From: a virus
Length of the DNA stretch: 41,812 nucleotides
IMG/VR virus record: IMGVR_UViG_3300036850_000087
Location: 1 to 41,812 of that record
Direction: 5' to 3' (one strand)
Part shown: positions 15,865-22,801 of the stretch, in pieces
Position numbering within the stretch: position 1 is the first letter of the stretch
How the letters are laid out: every line of letters starts with the position of its first letter
Notes under the pieces: model-generated
Told to the model about the DNA's origin: nothing
Database searches by the model: none
The model's input: only the letters and a program-made list of their open reading frames with translations
Program-made: the position numbers and the translations under genes

Positions 15865-16435
15865 TGGTCGCCACCAAATCGCCGTCGTGCCATTGGTAGT
15901 CCCATCCCAGACGGCTACGCCGTGAGAACAGTTCGACGTACGGAGCGGGGCTGATGCGTTCTACGAGGTCATAGAAAGCATCGGGCTTCTCACTGTGCTT
16001 GCCTCTCGGCCAGTCGAAGCACGTTCCCTCTGAGGCTTGTTGTAGTCGGCCTCCTTGCCCGTACGGGTTACCGTGCCGCGATCCCTTACGGGCGAGCAAG
16101 AAGTGTTCGGTGTTGCAGCGGAACCGTCCCGTCCCGAGCCCCGGTTTGCGCCAGGTGAATAACACCGTGGGATTGAACCCCCAGGCTCGAGCAACTTCGT
16201 AGGCCCAATCGACGTGCTGCGAGAGTGCCCAGATATAGAGATGCGCCTGGTCCTCGGCAGGGACGGCAAGTGCTTTGATTGCCGCAAGGTCCATCGTGGC
16301 GTACTGCGCCTGTGGTGCCCCTCGGCGCTGCCCGTTCTCCGAACCCACCCAGGTCTTTCCGAGTTCAGGCGTCCACGGAGGATCAGCAACGATGGTCCGA
16401 TAAGTCACGCACATCCCCCTTCGGGTGTGTGCCAA
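15854..16435 (-). CDS. MT-A70 family N6-adenine DNA methyltransferase
   Basis: IVADPPW (DPPW catalytic motif), QYATMDLAAIKAL, HLYIWA, ARAWGF, FTWRKPGLGTG, TEHFLLARKG. The start is uncertain (TTG 16435, ATG 16414 or GTG 16408). Confidence 0.8.
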   Translation of the reverse strand: MAHTRRGMCVTYRTIVADPPWTPELGKTWVGSENGQRRGAPQAQYATMDLAAIKALAVPAEDQAHLYIWALSQHVDWAYEVARAWGFNPTVLFTWRKPGLGTGRFRCNTEHFLLARKGSRHGNPYGQGGRLQQASEGTCFDWPRGKHSEKPDAFYDLVERISPAPYVELFSRRSRLGWDYQWHDGDLVATNDR

Positions 16436-16593
16436 TCAAGAGAGCCGCGCGTCCAATGGCACCGGAGAAATCCCTTAGCCTCTCTCACCGGGATCATGTG
16501 ACCGCAGACAACGCACCGAGCCTTACCGTTCATGAGCGGGCCTTTCCACGCTTCGGTGTCTGAAGCACTGCAAACGGCGGTCCGGGTGCTCAC
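16405..16593 (-). CDS. Small zinc-ribbon-like protein
   Basis: 62 aa with CVVCGH...RCH. Confidence 0.45.
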   Translation of the reverse strand: MSTRTAVCSASDTEAWKGPLMNGKARCVVCGHMIPVREAKGFLRCHWTRGSLDWHTPEGGCA

Positions 16594-17006
16594 AACTGAC
16601 CCCCGGTCACAGTCCTGTGGTCGCCATGGGAAATGCTCCCGCCCCGGCCAGGCTTGGGCGTTTGCTTGAAACCGGGACGGGCTGACACCGGCATCCGTAC
16701 CGATGTCGTCTTGTTGGGCTTATGGGCTCTGAGCATCAGTGCTTCGTATCTTTCGTCTCCGAGATACATACGTGCTAGGCGTTCTTTTTCTTCTTTTTCT
16801 TTGTCGATGACGCGATGGCAGCCGTAACACATGGCCAATCCGTTGTCGGGGTCCAGGCGTGTCCGAAGAATTGCCCGAGAGAACAAATGCGCCCCGTGAA
16901 GACCCTTTGAATCCTCGGTGTGTTGGGTTCCGCATCTCTGGCAGCGGTATCCCGCTCGCTCTCGGATCATCTTGGACCATCTACGGTCGGCCGCTGTTCG
17001 TTTCAT
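16590..17006 (-). CDS. NinG/Rap-like recombination endonuclease (HNH-type)
   Basis: From the ATG at 17006: WSKMIRERAGYRCQRCGTQHTEDSKGLHGAHLFSRAILRTRLDPDNGLAMCYGCHRVID parallels lambda NinG (fIRerD..C.sCG....l.agH......lRf.e.N....C..C). Confidence 0.55.
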   Translation of the reverse strand: MKRTAADRRWSKMIRERAGYRCQRCGTQHTEDSKGLHGAHLFSRAILRTRLDPDNGLAMCYGCHRVIDKEKEEKERLARMYLGDERYEALMLRAHKPNKTTSVRMPVSARPGFKQTPKPGRGGSISHGDHRTVTGGQL

Positions 17007-17223
17007 GCACCGGCACCTGCCAGCTAAAAACCCTCTGGCCGTGCTCATCGACCCAGGTGTGAATCGTTCCCATGTCGGTGGTGAACCAGGCAGATACGTA
17101 CCGGCGACCACATTCACACTCCCAGACATCGCCCGCCTGAACCCCCAATCTCCAGCGTTTCCACCAACCAGGAAGGGTGCAGTAGTGCCGTTTTTTGCTC
17201 GTCTTTATGAGTCGGCCCGTCAC
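16981..17223 (-). CDS. Hypothetical protein (80 aa)
   Basis: ORF in the operon with a CECG motif and Trp-rich composition. Confidence 0.45.
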   Translation of the reverse strand: MTGRLIKTSKKRHYCTLPGWWKRWRLGVQAGDVWECECGRRYVSAWFTTDMGTIHTWVDEHGQRVFSWQVPVHETNSGRP

Positions 17224-17504
17224 AGCAATCCCTTCGATCCATGCTTCACACAGAACTCATGGGCTACCCGTCCGGTGAATCTCTTGTTGCGAAGGGAGTT
17301 GGTTCCACCTTCTGAGCGGGGAAGGGACCAGCCGACCTCTTCTCTGTAGAACCTGGAGCGGGGTGAGAGGTCTACGGGTTCAGAACAAAGAGCACAATCA
17401 CCAAGCTCCGTACCGCCTGCGACCGCAGTGGGGCCAGGGACCCCATCCATCTCTGGAGTACAGAGCCCATGCTCTTCGTGTCTGTTCTTCGACGCTTGCT
17501 GCAT
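17220..17504 (-). CDS. Hypothetical Cys/His protein; start uncertain; overlaps the 3' end of the Rpf-like gene
   Basis: The frame is open from 17645. No start codon lies downstream of the Rpf stop (17398), so at least 56 nt (ATG 17453) or 107 nt (ATG 17504) must overlap. Motif: CALC...HEFCVKH. Confidence 0.4.
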   Translation of the reverse strand: MQQASKNRHEEHGLCTPEMDGVPGPTAVAGGTELGDCALCSEPVDLSPRSRFYREEVGWSLPRSEGGTNSLRNKRFTGRVAHEFCVKHGSKGLL

Positions 17505-17931
17505 GCGGGTCACCTGCTCCACCAACTCCCCGCCAGGTGGAGATGCGGAACTGCCACCCTCCATGGAAAGAACCGTTCCGGGAATGTATGGCGAAGTCGT
17601 AGGTATCGCCGGTCTCACAGCCCACGACCTCAACGGCTTCGTCATCGGTGGCCGGCTTTCCCTGTTGGGGTCCGGGCCAGGTGTCCCTGATCCGCTGCTG
17701 CACCGGCTTCGGCGTAGGAGCCGGTGTGGGGCTCTGTGTGGGCTTGGGAGGGGGTTTGGGCTTCGGGGTAACCTCCGGAGTCTTTGAGGGCGTGGGGGAG
17801 GGTTCCTGGGGGCCTGAGGGGATTCGAGGAAGGGTGGCGGCTTCGGCAGGCCTTGAGGGTTGGGATATCAATGACCCGAGGGTCCCAGCTATCAGGAGCC
17901 ATAGGGTTATCAGGACGGGGGTTGGGTTCAT
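17398..17931 (-). CDS. Secreted Rpf-like (resuscitation-promoting-factor type) transglycosylase domain protein
   Basis: Signal-peptide-like N-terminus MNPTPVLITLWLLIAGTLGSLIS, then a Pro-rich linker (PKPKPPPKPTQSPTPAPTPKP). The C-terminus VVGCETGDTY....NGSFHGGWQFRISTWRGVGGAG.PH.AS.EEQ...A..L....GWGPWPHCG matches the transglycosylase-like Rpf domain. Confidence 0.75.
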   Translation of the reverse strand: MNPTPVLITLWLLIAGTLGSLISQPSRPAEAATLPRIPSGPQEPSPTPSKTPEVTPKPKPPPKPTQSPTPAPTPKPVQQRIRDTWPGPQQGKPATDDEAVEVVGCETGDTYDFAIHSRNGSFHGGWQFRISTWRGVGGAGDPHAASVEEQTRRAWALYSRDGWGPWPHCGRRRYGAW

Positions 17932-17991
17932 GGGACGGGACGCGGAGGCGTCGGGAAACCTTAGATAGCTTCGTGACAGGTGTCAATCTAT

Positions 17992-18213
17992 TCATGGTGC
18001 GAGCCGCAGGTATCCACCACCGGGAAGCTTCAGCTTGGGTAATTCCTTCGGTTTCCAGGATTCGCAAACCGTTGTTCTGCGTTGCGTGACACACCGTTCA
18101 AGGGCGGTTAGGTCGTTGTGAATTGAACCCAGGGCGTTCCCGGCAAGGAATGCAAGGATAACCCCAGTTGCTACCCACACCCAAACCCCCGATGATTCGT
18201 CAGCCACGGGCAA
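17992..18213 (-). CDS. Small membrane protein (1 TM)
   Basis: 73 aa with the hydrophobic segment GVWVWVATGVILAFLAGNALG. TTG start. Confidence 0.45.
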   Translation of the reverse strand: MPVADESSGVWVWVATGVILAFLAGNALGSIHNDLTALERCVTQRRTTVCESWKPKELPKLKLPGGGYLRLAP

Positions 18214-18547
18214 GCTCCATCTCGCTTCTCAGAACGTAGGCCAGGGCCTGCCAGGCTTGCATCTCCGAGCGGACAGACCTTAGGCGTTCGAGGGTGGCGT
18301 CCTTACGGCCCTCTGCAAGCTTGGCTTCACGTCTTTGGTCCAGAGAAGCGAGTTCGGCTTCGGCCTCTCTCATGCCCTGGGTCTTCTCTTGGGACCGGGC
18401 CATGGCCGTGAGTCGAGCCAGTCTGTAGGCGTGGTCAGCCTCTACAGCTTTGACGGTCTGGATGGACAACTCTCCTTGGGTGGTGGCCATAGCTTTTGAG
18501 AGGCGCATGAGGGCTTGTTGGACGGTGGGGATGGTGAGTTCAGTCAT
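18200..18547 (-). CDS. Coiled-coil hypothetical protein
   Basis: From the ATG at 18547: MTELTIPTVQQALMRLSKAM..., helical and charged. Confidence 0.5.
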   Translation of the reverse strand: MTELTIPTVQQALMRLSKAMATTQGELSIQTVKAVEADHAYRLARLTAMARSQEKTQGMREAEAELASLDQRREAKLAEGRKDATLERLRSVRSEMQAWQALAYVLRSEMELARG

Positions 18548-18660
18548 CGACACATCCCTTCGGCGATATGCCGCGACAGCTCCCACACACCTAAACAGGA
18601 AAGGCTAAAGACGGAGAAAATGATAAGCAACCAAATGAAGGCCCGAAGCGATTCACTCAA
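18544..18660 (-). CDS. Possible membrane micro-protein (38 aa)
   Basis: TTG at 18660 with GAGG 7 nt upstream. (M)SESLRAFIWLLIIFSVFSLSCLGVWELSRHIAEGMCR. Its stop overlaps the next ATG (ATGA). Confidence 0.4.
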   Translation of the reverse strand: MSESLRAFIWLLIIFSVFSLSCLGVWELSRHIAEGMCR

Positions 18661-18696
18661 TCCCGGCCTCTTTCAGCATCTCGGCCATCTTTGCCA

Positions 18697-19050
18697 TCAG
18701 GCGCTCTTTTGAGATTGCTGGTCTTGGGGCCATTGCAGCCATCCGCACTTCGTGTCCTTGCACTTGAACTCCGGCATCGGCTTCTTCCCAGCCTTGATGC
18801 GTTCCTTGTTCGCCTCGACATTGCTCCAGATCTCCCCGTGACAGACCGGACACGAGGTCGGATCCGGTAGGACGTTCACTACCTCCGTCGGGAAAGGGAG
18901 CTCTTCACCGGACCTCTGCCGGACCCATTCGTAGAAGGCTGTTGCAGCCTCGAGGACGTCTGCTGCGTTGCCGGCCCCCTGCTGGAAGAGGATGGCGGCT
19001 GAACGGATTGCAGCCTGAGCCCGGATATCCCTGTCTTTGGGGGTGGTCAT
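18697..19050 (-). CDS. Hypothetical zinc-binding protein
   Basis: 117 aa with CPVCHG ... CKDTKCG. Confidence 0.55.
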   Translation of the reverse strand: MTTPKDRDIRAQAAIRSAAILFQQGAGNAADVLEAATAFYEWVRQRSGEELPFPTEVVNVLPDPTSCPVCHGEIWSNVEANKERIKAGKKPMPEFKCKDTKCGWLQWPQDQQSQKSA

Positions 19051-19241
19051 TCAGCAAGCACCTGCTCTATCCGCTCAGAAGAAAGATGCACTCCCTCAGC
19101 TATCAACACCCGTGCGAACTCCTCAATGTTCTGAACCCACCAGCCTGTCCCAGCACCTGGTTCAAGTCGGCCTGTAGGTGGCGTCTCCATGTTCCTTGCC
19201 AGAAGGCCTGAAAGCGCCCACACCTCTCCCTCCTTACTCAT
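19047..19241 (-). CDS. Hypothetical small protein
   Basis: The ATG at 19241 overlaps the upstream stop (ATGA). Sequence: MSKEGEVWALSGLLARNMETPP.... Confidence 0.5.
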   Translation of the reverse strand: MSKEGEVWALSGLLARNMETPPTGRLEPGAGTGWWVQNIEEFARVLIAEGVHLSSERIEQVLAE

Positions 19242-19441
19242 CGCGTCTTCAATCCCCTTTCGTCGATAACTTGCTTCGACCAATCCGGCCAACAGTTCTC
19301 ATCCCACATCGCCGCGAACGCTCGCCTTCCTAGAGCTTCCATTAGGCGGAATCGCTCTCGAGAAGCTTCGGCGTAGCTCACACCACCCGTAGGACGTGCT
19401 AGGGCTTCGAGTTCTCGAAGACGCTCAGCAGCAGTCTTCAT
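19238..19441 (-). CDS. Hypothetical small protein
   Basis: The ATG at 19441 overlaps the upstream stop (ATGA). Sequence: MKTAAERLRELEALARPTGG.... Confidence 0.5.
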   Translation of the reverse strand: MKTAAERLRELEALARPTGGVSYAEASRERFRLMEALGRRAFAAMWDENCWPDWSKQVIDERGLKTR

Positions 19442-19875
19442 CCCGTCTCCTGTTCGTATTCGGCGCGCTGCCATGCTGCTTCTCTGAAGTCCCAGAAGCT
19501 CTCGGTCCAATGCTTGGGGCGTATCTCCAACGCTCTTGCGTCGGCTTCTGAGGCCACCCTGCGGATGACGTACTCGTAGGAGCCCTTACGTGGGTGCATG
19601 TAGTCCAGGACCTCGGAGAACTCCTTACAGACCTTCTCCAGGTAGAAGCAGACCTTTCGTTCTGGTTTGGTTTCCATGACTTCTGCGTAGATGGCCCAGA
19701 GGGGTTTTTCTGGCTCTCCGAAGCGTTCGGCTTTGAGCTGTTCGTAGGTCACTTCTTCTTCCCGTTCTTGCGGCGGTAGGTCCGGTGGTATTCGGAGTTC
19801 GCCTTCACACAACGCTTGCAGCGACAGGCCTCGTTCACGTATTTCGCCCGCGTTCCATGCCTCATCGGGCAACAT
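19438..19875 (-). CDS. First gene of the leftward early operon (hypothetical, 145 aa)
   Basis: The ATG at 19875 lies 10 nt downstream of ATTACT. The N-terminal extension in the track (to 19980) would cover the divergent promoter region. Confidence 0.5.
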   Translation of the reverse strand: MLPDEAWNAGEIRERGLSLQALCEGELRIPPDLPPQEREEEVTYEQLKAERFGEPEKPLWAIYAEVMETKPERKVCFYLEKVCKEFSEVLDYMHPRKGSYEYVIRRVASEADARALEIRPKHWTESFWDFREAAWQRAEYEQETG

Positions 19876-19885
19876 GTTAGTGCGA

Positions 19886-19914
19886 AGTAATGACAGAACG
19901 CAATCCTTTCGCAA
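19886..19914 (-). promoter_or_regulatory. Candidate leftward promoter TTGCGA-N17-ATTACT
   Basis: Minus strand: TTGCGA (19914-19909), a 17-nt spacer, ATTACT (19891-19886), then 10 nt to the ATG at 19875 (near-leaderless). Confidence 0.4.
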
Positions 19915-19917
19915 AAC

Positions 19918-19946
19918 TTGTCTTGACGTGCAGCGACGCCTACACT
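19918..19946 (+). promoter_or_regulatory. Candidate rightward promoter TTGTCT-N17-TACACT for the XRE-family gene
   Basis: TTGTCT at 19918-19923, a 17-nt spacer, TACACT at 19941-19946, and an AAAGGGGG SD at 19958-19965 before the ATG at 19971. Confidence 0.45.
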
Positions 19947-19970
19947 CGTGAGGACTAAAGGGGGCAGCGA

Positions 19971-20321
19971 ATGGCGACAACCGAACTGGACATGGCTATC
20001 GCCCGTCGTCTCGGGCAGATGATCGCGAGCGAGCGCGAAACCAAAGGCTGGACCCAGCTCGAGCTCGCGGGACGTGCCGACGTATCACCTTCTGCCGTGT
20101 CGTTGATCGAAGCGGGAACGCGCATCCCGCTCTTCCACAACTTCTGCAAGATCGCCCACGCTTTGGGCTGGGAGAAACGGAAGATCAGCGAGTTCGTGGA
20201 TTTAGCGTGGAGGCCGCTGCCTTACGGACGCATCGGCATGCGGCTGGAACTCATCGCACCGGAGGCCTATAACTCCGAAGATTCCTCGTTCTGTAACGTT
20301 TTCCGCAAGGCCGCCGCTTAG
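19971..20321 (+). CDS. XRE-family helix-turn-helix transcriptional regulator (repressor-like)
   Basis: 116 aa. RETKGWTQLELAGRADVSPSAVSLIEAGTRIP is a canonical HTH_3 motif. It is divergently oriented to the early operon. Confidence 0.8.
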   Translation: MATTELDMAIARRLGQMIASERETKGWTQLELAGRADVSPSAVSLIEAGTRIPLFHNFCKIAHALGWEKRKISEFVDLAWRPLPYGRIGMRLELIAPEAYNSEDSSFCNVFRKAAA

Positions 20322-20345
20322 TTTTCCCCTGGGTATTTCTACCCT

Positions 20346-20570
20346 GTGCCGGGCAAGGACCGATCCTGCATCTGGTGTGGGAGCCGAGCCGAATACCGCT
20401 GCCTCATCACCCGTGCTCGTGAGCCGAACTCCCGCACAAGCATCCGCTACGAACTCTGCGACTGGCACGCAGCCGACATCATCGAACGGTTGGGCAAGTT
20501 GTTGGAGAGTTTGGGGCAAGCCACCGATCTGTACCTGTACCGCCATCTGGCCCCGAAACAACCCGCTTAA
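20346..20570 (+). CDS. Hypothetical Cys-rich protein
   Basis: 74 aa with a GTG start and no clear SD. Motif: CIWCG...C...CDWH. Confidence 0.4.
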   Translation: MPGKDRSCIWCGSRAEYRCLITRAREPNSRTSIRYELCDWHAADIIERLGKLLESLGQATDLYLYRHLAPKQPA

Positions 20571-20740
20571 CGCTTCCGCAGAAGCCAGAGCAACGGAGCC
20601 GCCAAGATGAGCGACGCTACGTATGCCACAGACAGCATGAGGGGAACCCCGAAGAACATGAACGTCAGCCCGGCAACGACTCCGCCTTCGATGTGCCAAG
20701 GCAGCAGCGGCAGTTTCCCACCTTGAAAGGCGACAACCAC
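20567..20740 (-). CDS. Small integral membrane protein, minimal version from the GTG at 20740. The hydrophobic reading frame stays open upstream to 20938 with no canonical start.
   Basis: Not in the ORF track (<60 aa). VVVAFQGGKLPLLPWHIEGGVVAGLTFMFFGVPLMLSVAYVASLILAAPLLWLLRKR, with AGGA 6 nt upstream of the GTG. Another TM-like segment (VNIVFAVLLGVASTIWTGWA) lies in frame upstream. Confidence 0.5.
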   Translation of the reverse strand: MVVAFQGGKLPLLPWHIEGGVVAGLTFMFFGVPLMLSVAYVASLILAAPLLWLLRKR

Positions 20741-20814
20741 CGCCCATCCTGTCCAGATCGTTGAGGCAACGCCTAGAAGGACAGCAAAGACAATGTTGAC
20801 CGGGTGAAGGTCTT

Positions 20815-21063
20815 CTATCGCTTCGAGTTCCCAGTGTATTGCAGGAGAATCTTCTCGCCCCGTTGGCGGACCTCGAGCTCGATCCCCCGCCGCTTGGCGT
20901 AGGTCCTCAGGTTCTGGTAGAAGGTCGATGGCTTCACCTCAAAGTCATCTCCCTGCACGAACTCCCACACCGACCCGTCTAGGTACTCGTCTATGGAGTA
21001 CCGCTCCTCGAACCGGGTGGTCGATACGGGCGGAATCTCCTTCAGGTCCAGCTTCTTCGGCAT
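20815..21063 (-). CDS. Hypothetical protein (82 aa)
   Basis: ATG at 21063 with an AGGGGG SD 4 nt upstream. Sequence: MPKKLDLKEIPPVSTTRFEERYSIDEYLDG.... Confidence 0.6.
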   Translation of the reverse strand: MPKKLDLKEIPPVSTTRFEERYSIDEYLDGSVWEFVQGDDFEVKPSTFYQNLRTYAKRRGIELEVRQRGEKILLQYTGNSKR

Positions 21064-21160
21064 GCTGCCCCCTTTCGTTACGAATCATTGAAGCAGCTCC
21101 GAAGAAAAACACAACCCGACCTGCGGATACGTCCTGTCAGTCCGTTCTGTCCCGTTAAAT

Positions 21161-21201
21161 GCAGAAGGCCCCCTTAGCTGGGGGCAGCGGGGGCCTTCTG
21201 C
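21161..21201. terminator. Strong GC-rich hairpin (13-bp perfect stem plus inner 4-bp stem); possible bidirectional terminator or regulatory structure
   Basis: GCAGAAGGCCCCC (21161-21173) pairs with GGGGGCCTTCTGC (21189-21201), and the loop contains GCTG-gggg-CAGC. The U-tract is weak (ATTTAA) and present only on the minus strand. Confidence 0.4.
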
Positions 21202-21220
21202 ATACTCTCCTCTACGGGTC

Positions 21221-21250
21221 TTGACTGCCGTCAAGTCCATGACGTAGAGT
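21221..21250 (+). promoter_or_regulatory. Candidate rightward promoter TTGACT-N18-TAGAGT, overlapping the palindrome TTGACtgccGTCAA
   Basis: TTGACT at 21221-21226 and TAGAGT at 21245-21250. The palindrome at 21221-21234 has the same TGAC-N4-GTCA core as the 11592-11603 site. Confidence 0.4.
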
Positions 21251-21582
21251 TACAGCGACGTAATCACAATGACGACATTAACCGCCACTGCCAACCCCCG
21301 CAAGACCCCCCACCAATCCACACGTTTCCCCCCTTGTTCTCCACAGCCCAAGCGGTACATCATCCGCTTCGTGGGCTCAATCCGCGATCTCAGAACTCAA
21401 GCTCTGCATACCGGTGAAAGGAAAGACGGGAAGACCAACATGTAGGGACAGGTCCCAGTCGTACAGGTGTCGGGCAGTAGGTCGGCTCGGTAAGGCGCTA
21501 AATCGCATCCCGAGGCGGCGGGAAACCATCCCTCAGTCATAGTGCGCACAGCTTGACCCCCAGGCAAGGAGAGGTCGAGAAG

Positions 21583-21663
21583 ATGGCGGCTGCCTTCAAT
21601 CGTCAGGCCGAGACTCGTAAACCTTCTGCACCGGCTCTTGGAATCCGGGAAGGGGTTAGATGA
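21583..21663 (+). CDS. Possible leader micro-ORF (26 aa)
   Basis: AAGGAGAGG SD 9 nt upstream of the ATG at 21583. The stop TGA overlaps the ATG of the next gene (ATGA). Confidence 0.35.
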   Translation: MAAAFNRQAETRKPSAPALGIREGVR

Positions 21664-21848
21664 AACAGCATCGGGTCACGAAGAAACAGAACTCAGCCAT
21701 CACCTGCATACGGTGCGGTTACGTGATGCGTGAGGTCTTCGTGCCCTTTACCGACAAACCCTCAGAAGATGAACCCTTGGCCAGAGGTCTGTGCACAGGT
21801 TGCGGAGAGGTCACCTTGTGGGTGGCCAAGAAGATCGGAGGAAGATGA
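21660..21848 (+). CDS. Zinc-ribbon small protein
   Basis: 62 aa with CIRCG ... CTGCG. Confidence 0.55.
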   Translation: MKQHRVTKKQNSAITCIRCGYVMREVFVPFTDKPSEDEPLARGLCTGCGEVTLWVAKKIGGR

Positions 21849-22045
21849 GCTGGCATGCATGGCTGACGGTAGGGGCTGCGATCATCAGCCTGCCGTTGTT
21901 GGTCACCTGCTTCTGGCTTGTAGATGAGGCCATGTGGTGGAGGAAGACAGCGGAGACTCTATGGGCAGAGCTAGAGAGGAGAACAGGTGAGGACTACACG
22001 GATAGACCGCACACACCATCGAGGGTCTACCGTGATCCTGCCTGA
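21845..22045 (+). CDS. Small membrane protein (1 TM), holin-like by size only
   Basis: The ATG at 21845 overlaps the upstream stop (ATGA). Sequence: MSWHAWLTVGAAIISLPLLVTCFWLV, then a charged tail. Confidence 0.5.
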   Translation: MSWHAWLTVGAAIISLPLLVTCFWLVDEAMWWRKTAETLWAELERRTGEDYTDRPHTPSRVYRDPA

Positions 22046-22169
22046 CTACCCCGACGCTCTAGCTGAGGTCCATACCTCCTGCCCCTGCTGTTCATGGCCT
22101 ATCGAATCCGGTGAGATCGTCTACCTCGTCAACGGCACCTGGTGTTGTGACGACTGCGCTACGGAATGA
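22032..22169 (+). CDS. Small Cys-rich protein (45 aa)
   Basis: GTG at 22032 with GAGGG 6 nt upstream. Motif: CPCC...CCDDC. The track start at 21987 overlaps the previous gene. Confidence 0.4.
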   Translation: MILPDYPDALAEVHTSCPCCSWPIESGEIVYLVNGTWCCDDCATE

Positions 22170-22801
22170 CAAAGAAGAAGCAGAAGCTGTCCCGCAAGGT
22201 CGCTGTCATCGGTTGTGCATGGGATTGGTGGTCCAACGCTGTTGAAACCATGGAGGACTTCGAGTTCTGGACTCTGAACAACTGTGGGGTGGGAATCTCA
22301 CGGGACCCCGACCGGCTCTATGAATTGCACTCCAAGGACCAACTGGCCTCACCAGACCGCGACCGTGATCCGAGGCACGGAGAATGGGCCGAACAGTTCA
22401 AGACGGCAGAGCAGGTTTGGTCACTTCACCCTCGCAAAGAGTTAGGCCCTCGGGTCAAGGCCTTCCCACTCGAAGAACTGATCCGCTGGTGTCCCCGCCC
22501 CTACTTCACCAACTCCGTAGCTTGGATGGTGGCTCATGCTCTGTACGAAGGCGTGAGCGAACTCTTCATCGCTGGGATGAACATGGACTCACCATCAGAG
22601 TGGATGGACCAGAAGGCCTGTCTTGAATACTGGATTGGTTACGCAGAAGGTCAGAGGGTCAAGGTCACCGTCTCCCCCGACTCCCAGATCGGCAAGTCCT
22701 CCTACCTGTACGGGCTTCAGGACCCTGCCCTACAGCGCGCTGTCACCACCAAACGCCTGCTGGCCTATGCGGCGATGGTGTTCAAGAGAGAATCCGAGTA
22801 G
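22166..22801 (+). CDS. Paralog of 37207..38121: candidate sialyltransferase/Maf(DUF115)-like glycosyltransferase
   Basis: 211 aa. RKVAVIGCAWD, FEFWTLNN, RLYELHS, YFTNSVAWMVAHALYEGVSELFIAGMNMDSPSEW, LEYWIGYAEGQRVKVTV and YLYGL align motif-for-motif with the gene downstream of the capsid gene. Confidence 0.5.
   Translation: MTKKKQKLSRKVAVIGCAWDWWSNAVETMEDFEFWTLNNCGVGISRDPDRLYELHSKDQLASPDRDRDPRHGEWAEQFKTAEQVWSLHPRKELGPRVKAFPLEELIRWCPRPYFTNSVAWMVAHALYEGVSELFIAGMNMDSPSEWMDQKACLEYWIGYAEGQRVKVTVSPDSQIGKSSYLYGLQDPALQRAVTTKRLLAYAAMVFKRESE

Noticed and set aside
20881-20900. G-run (CGGCGGGGGATC) as a -1 frameshift slippery site joining 20815..21063 to the membrane frame
   Set aside because: It does not fit the X XXY YYZ pattern in the zero frame, and no downstream pseudoknot is evident. 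It is kept only as a remote possibility in the finding.
21269-21445. 58-codon plus-strand ORF downstream of the 21221 promoter
   Set aside because: It has no SD, it uses rare A/T-ending codons (TTA, ACA) for this genome, and it has Pro/Arg-rich composition. It is mentioned in a finding but not annotated as a gene.
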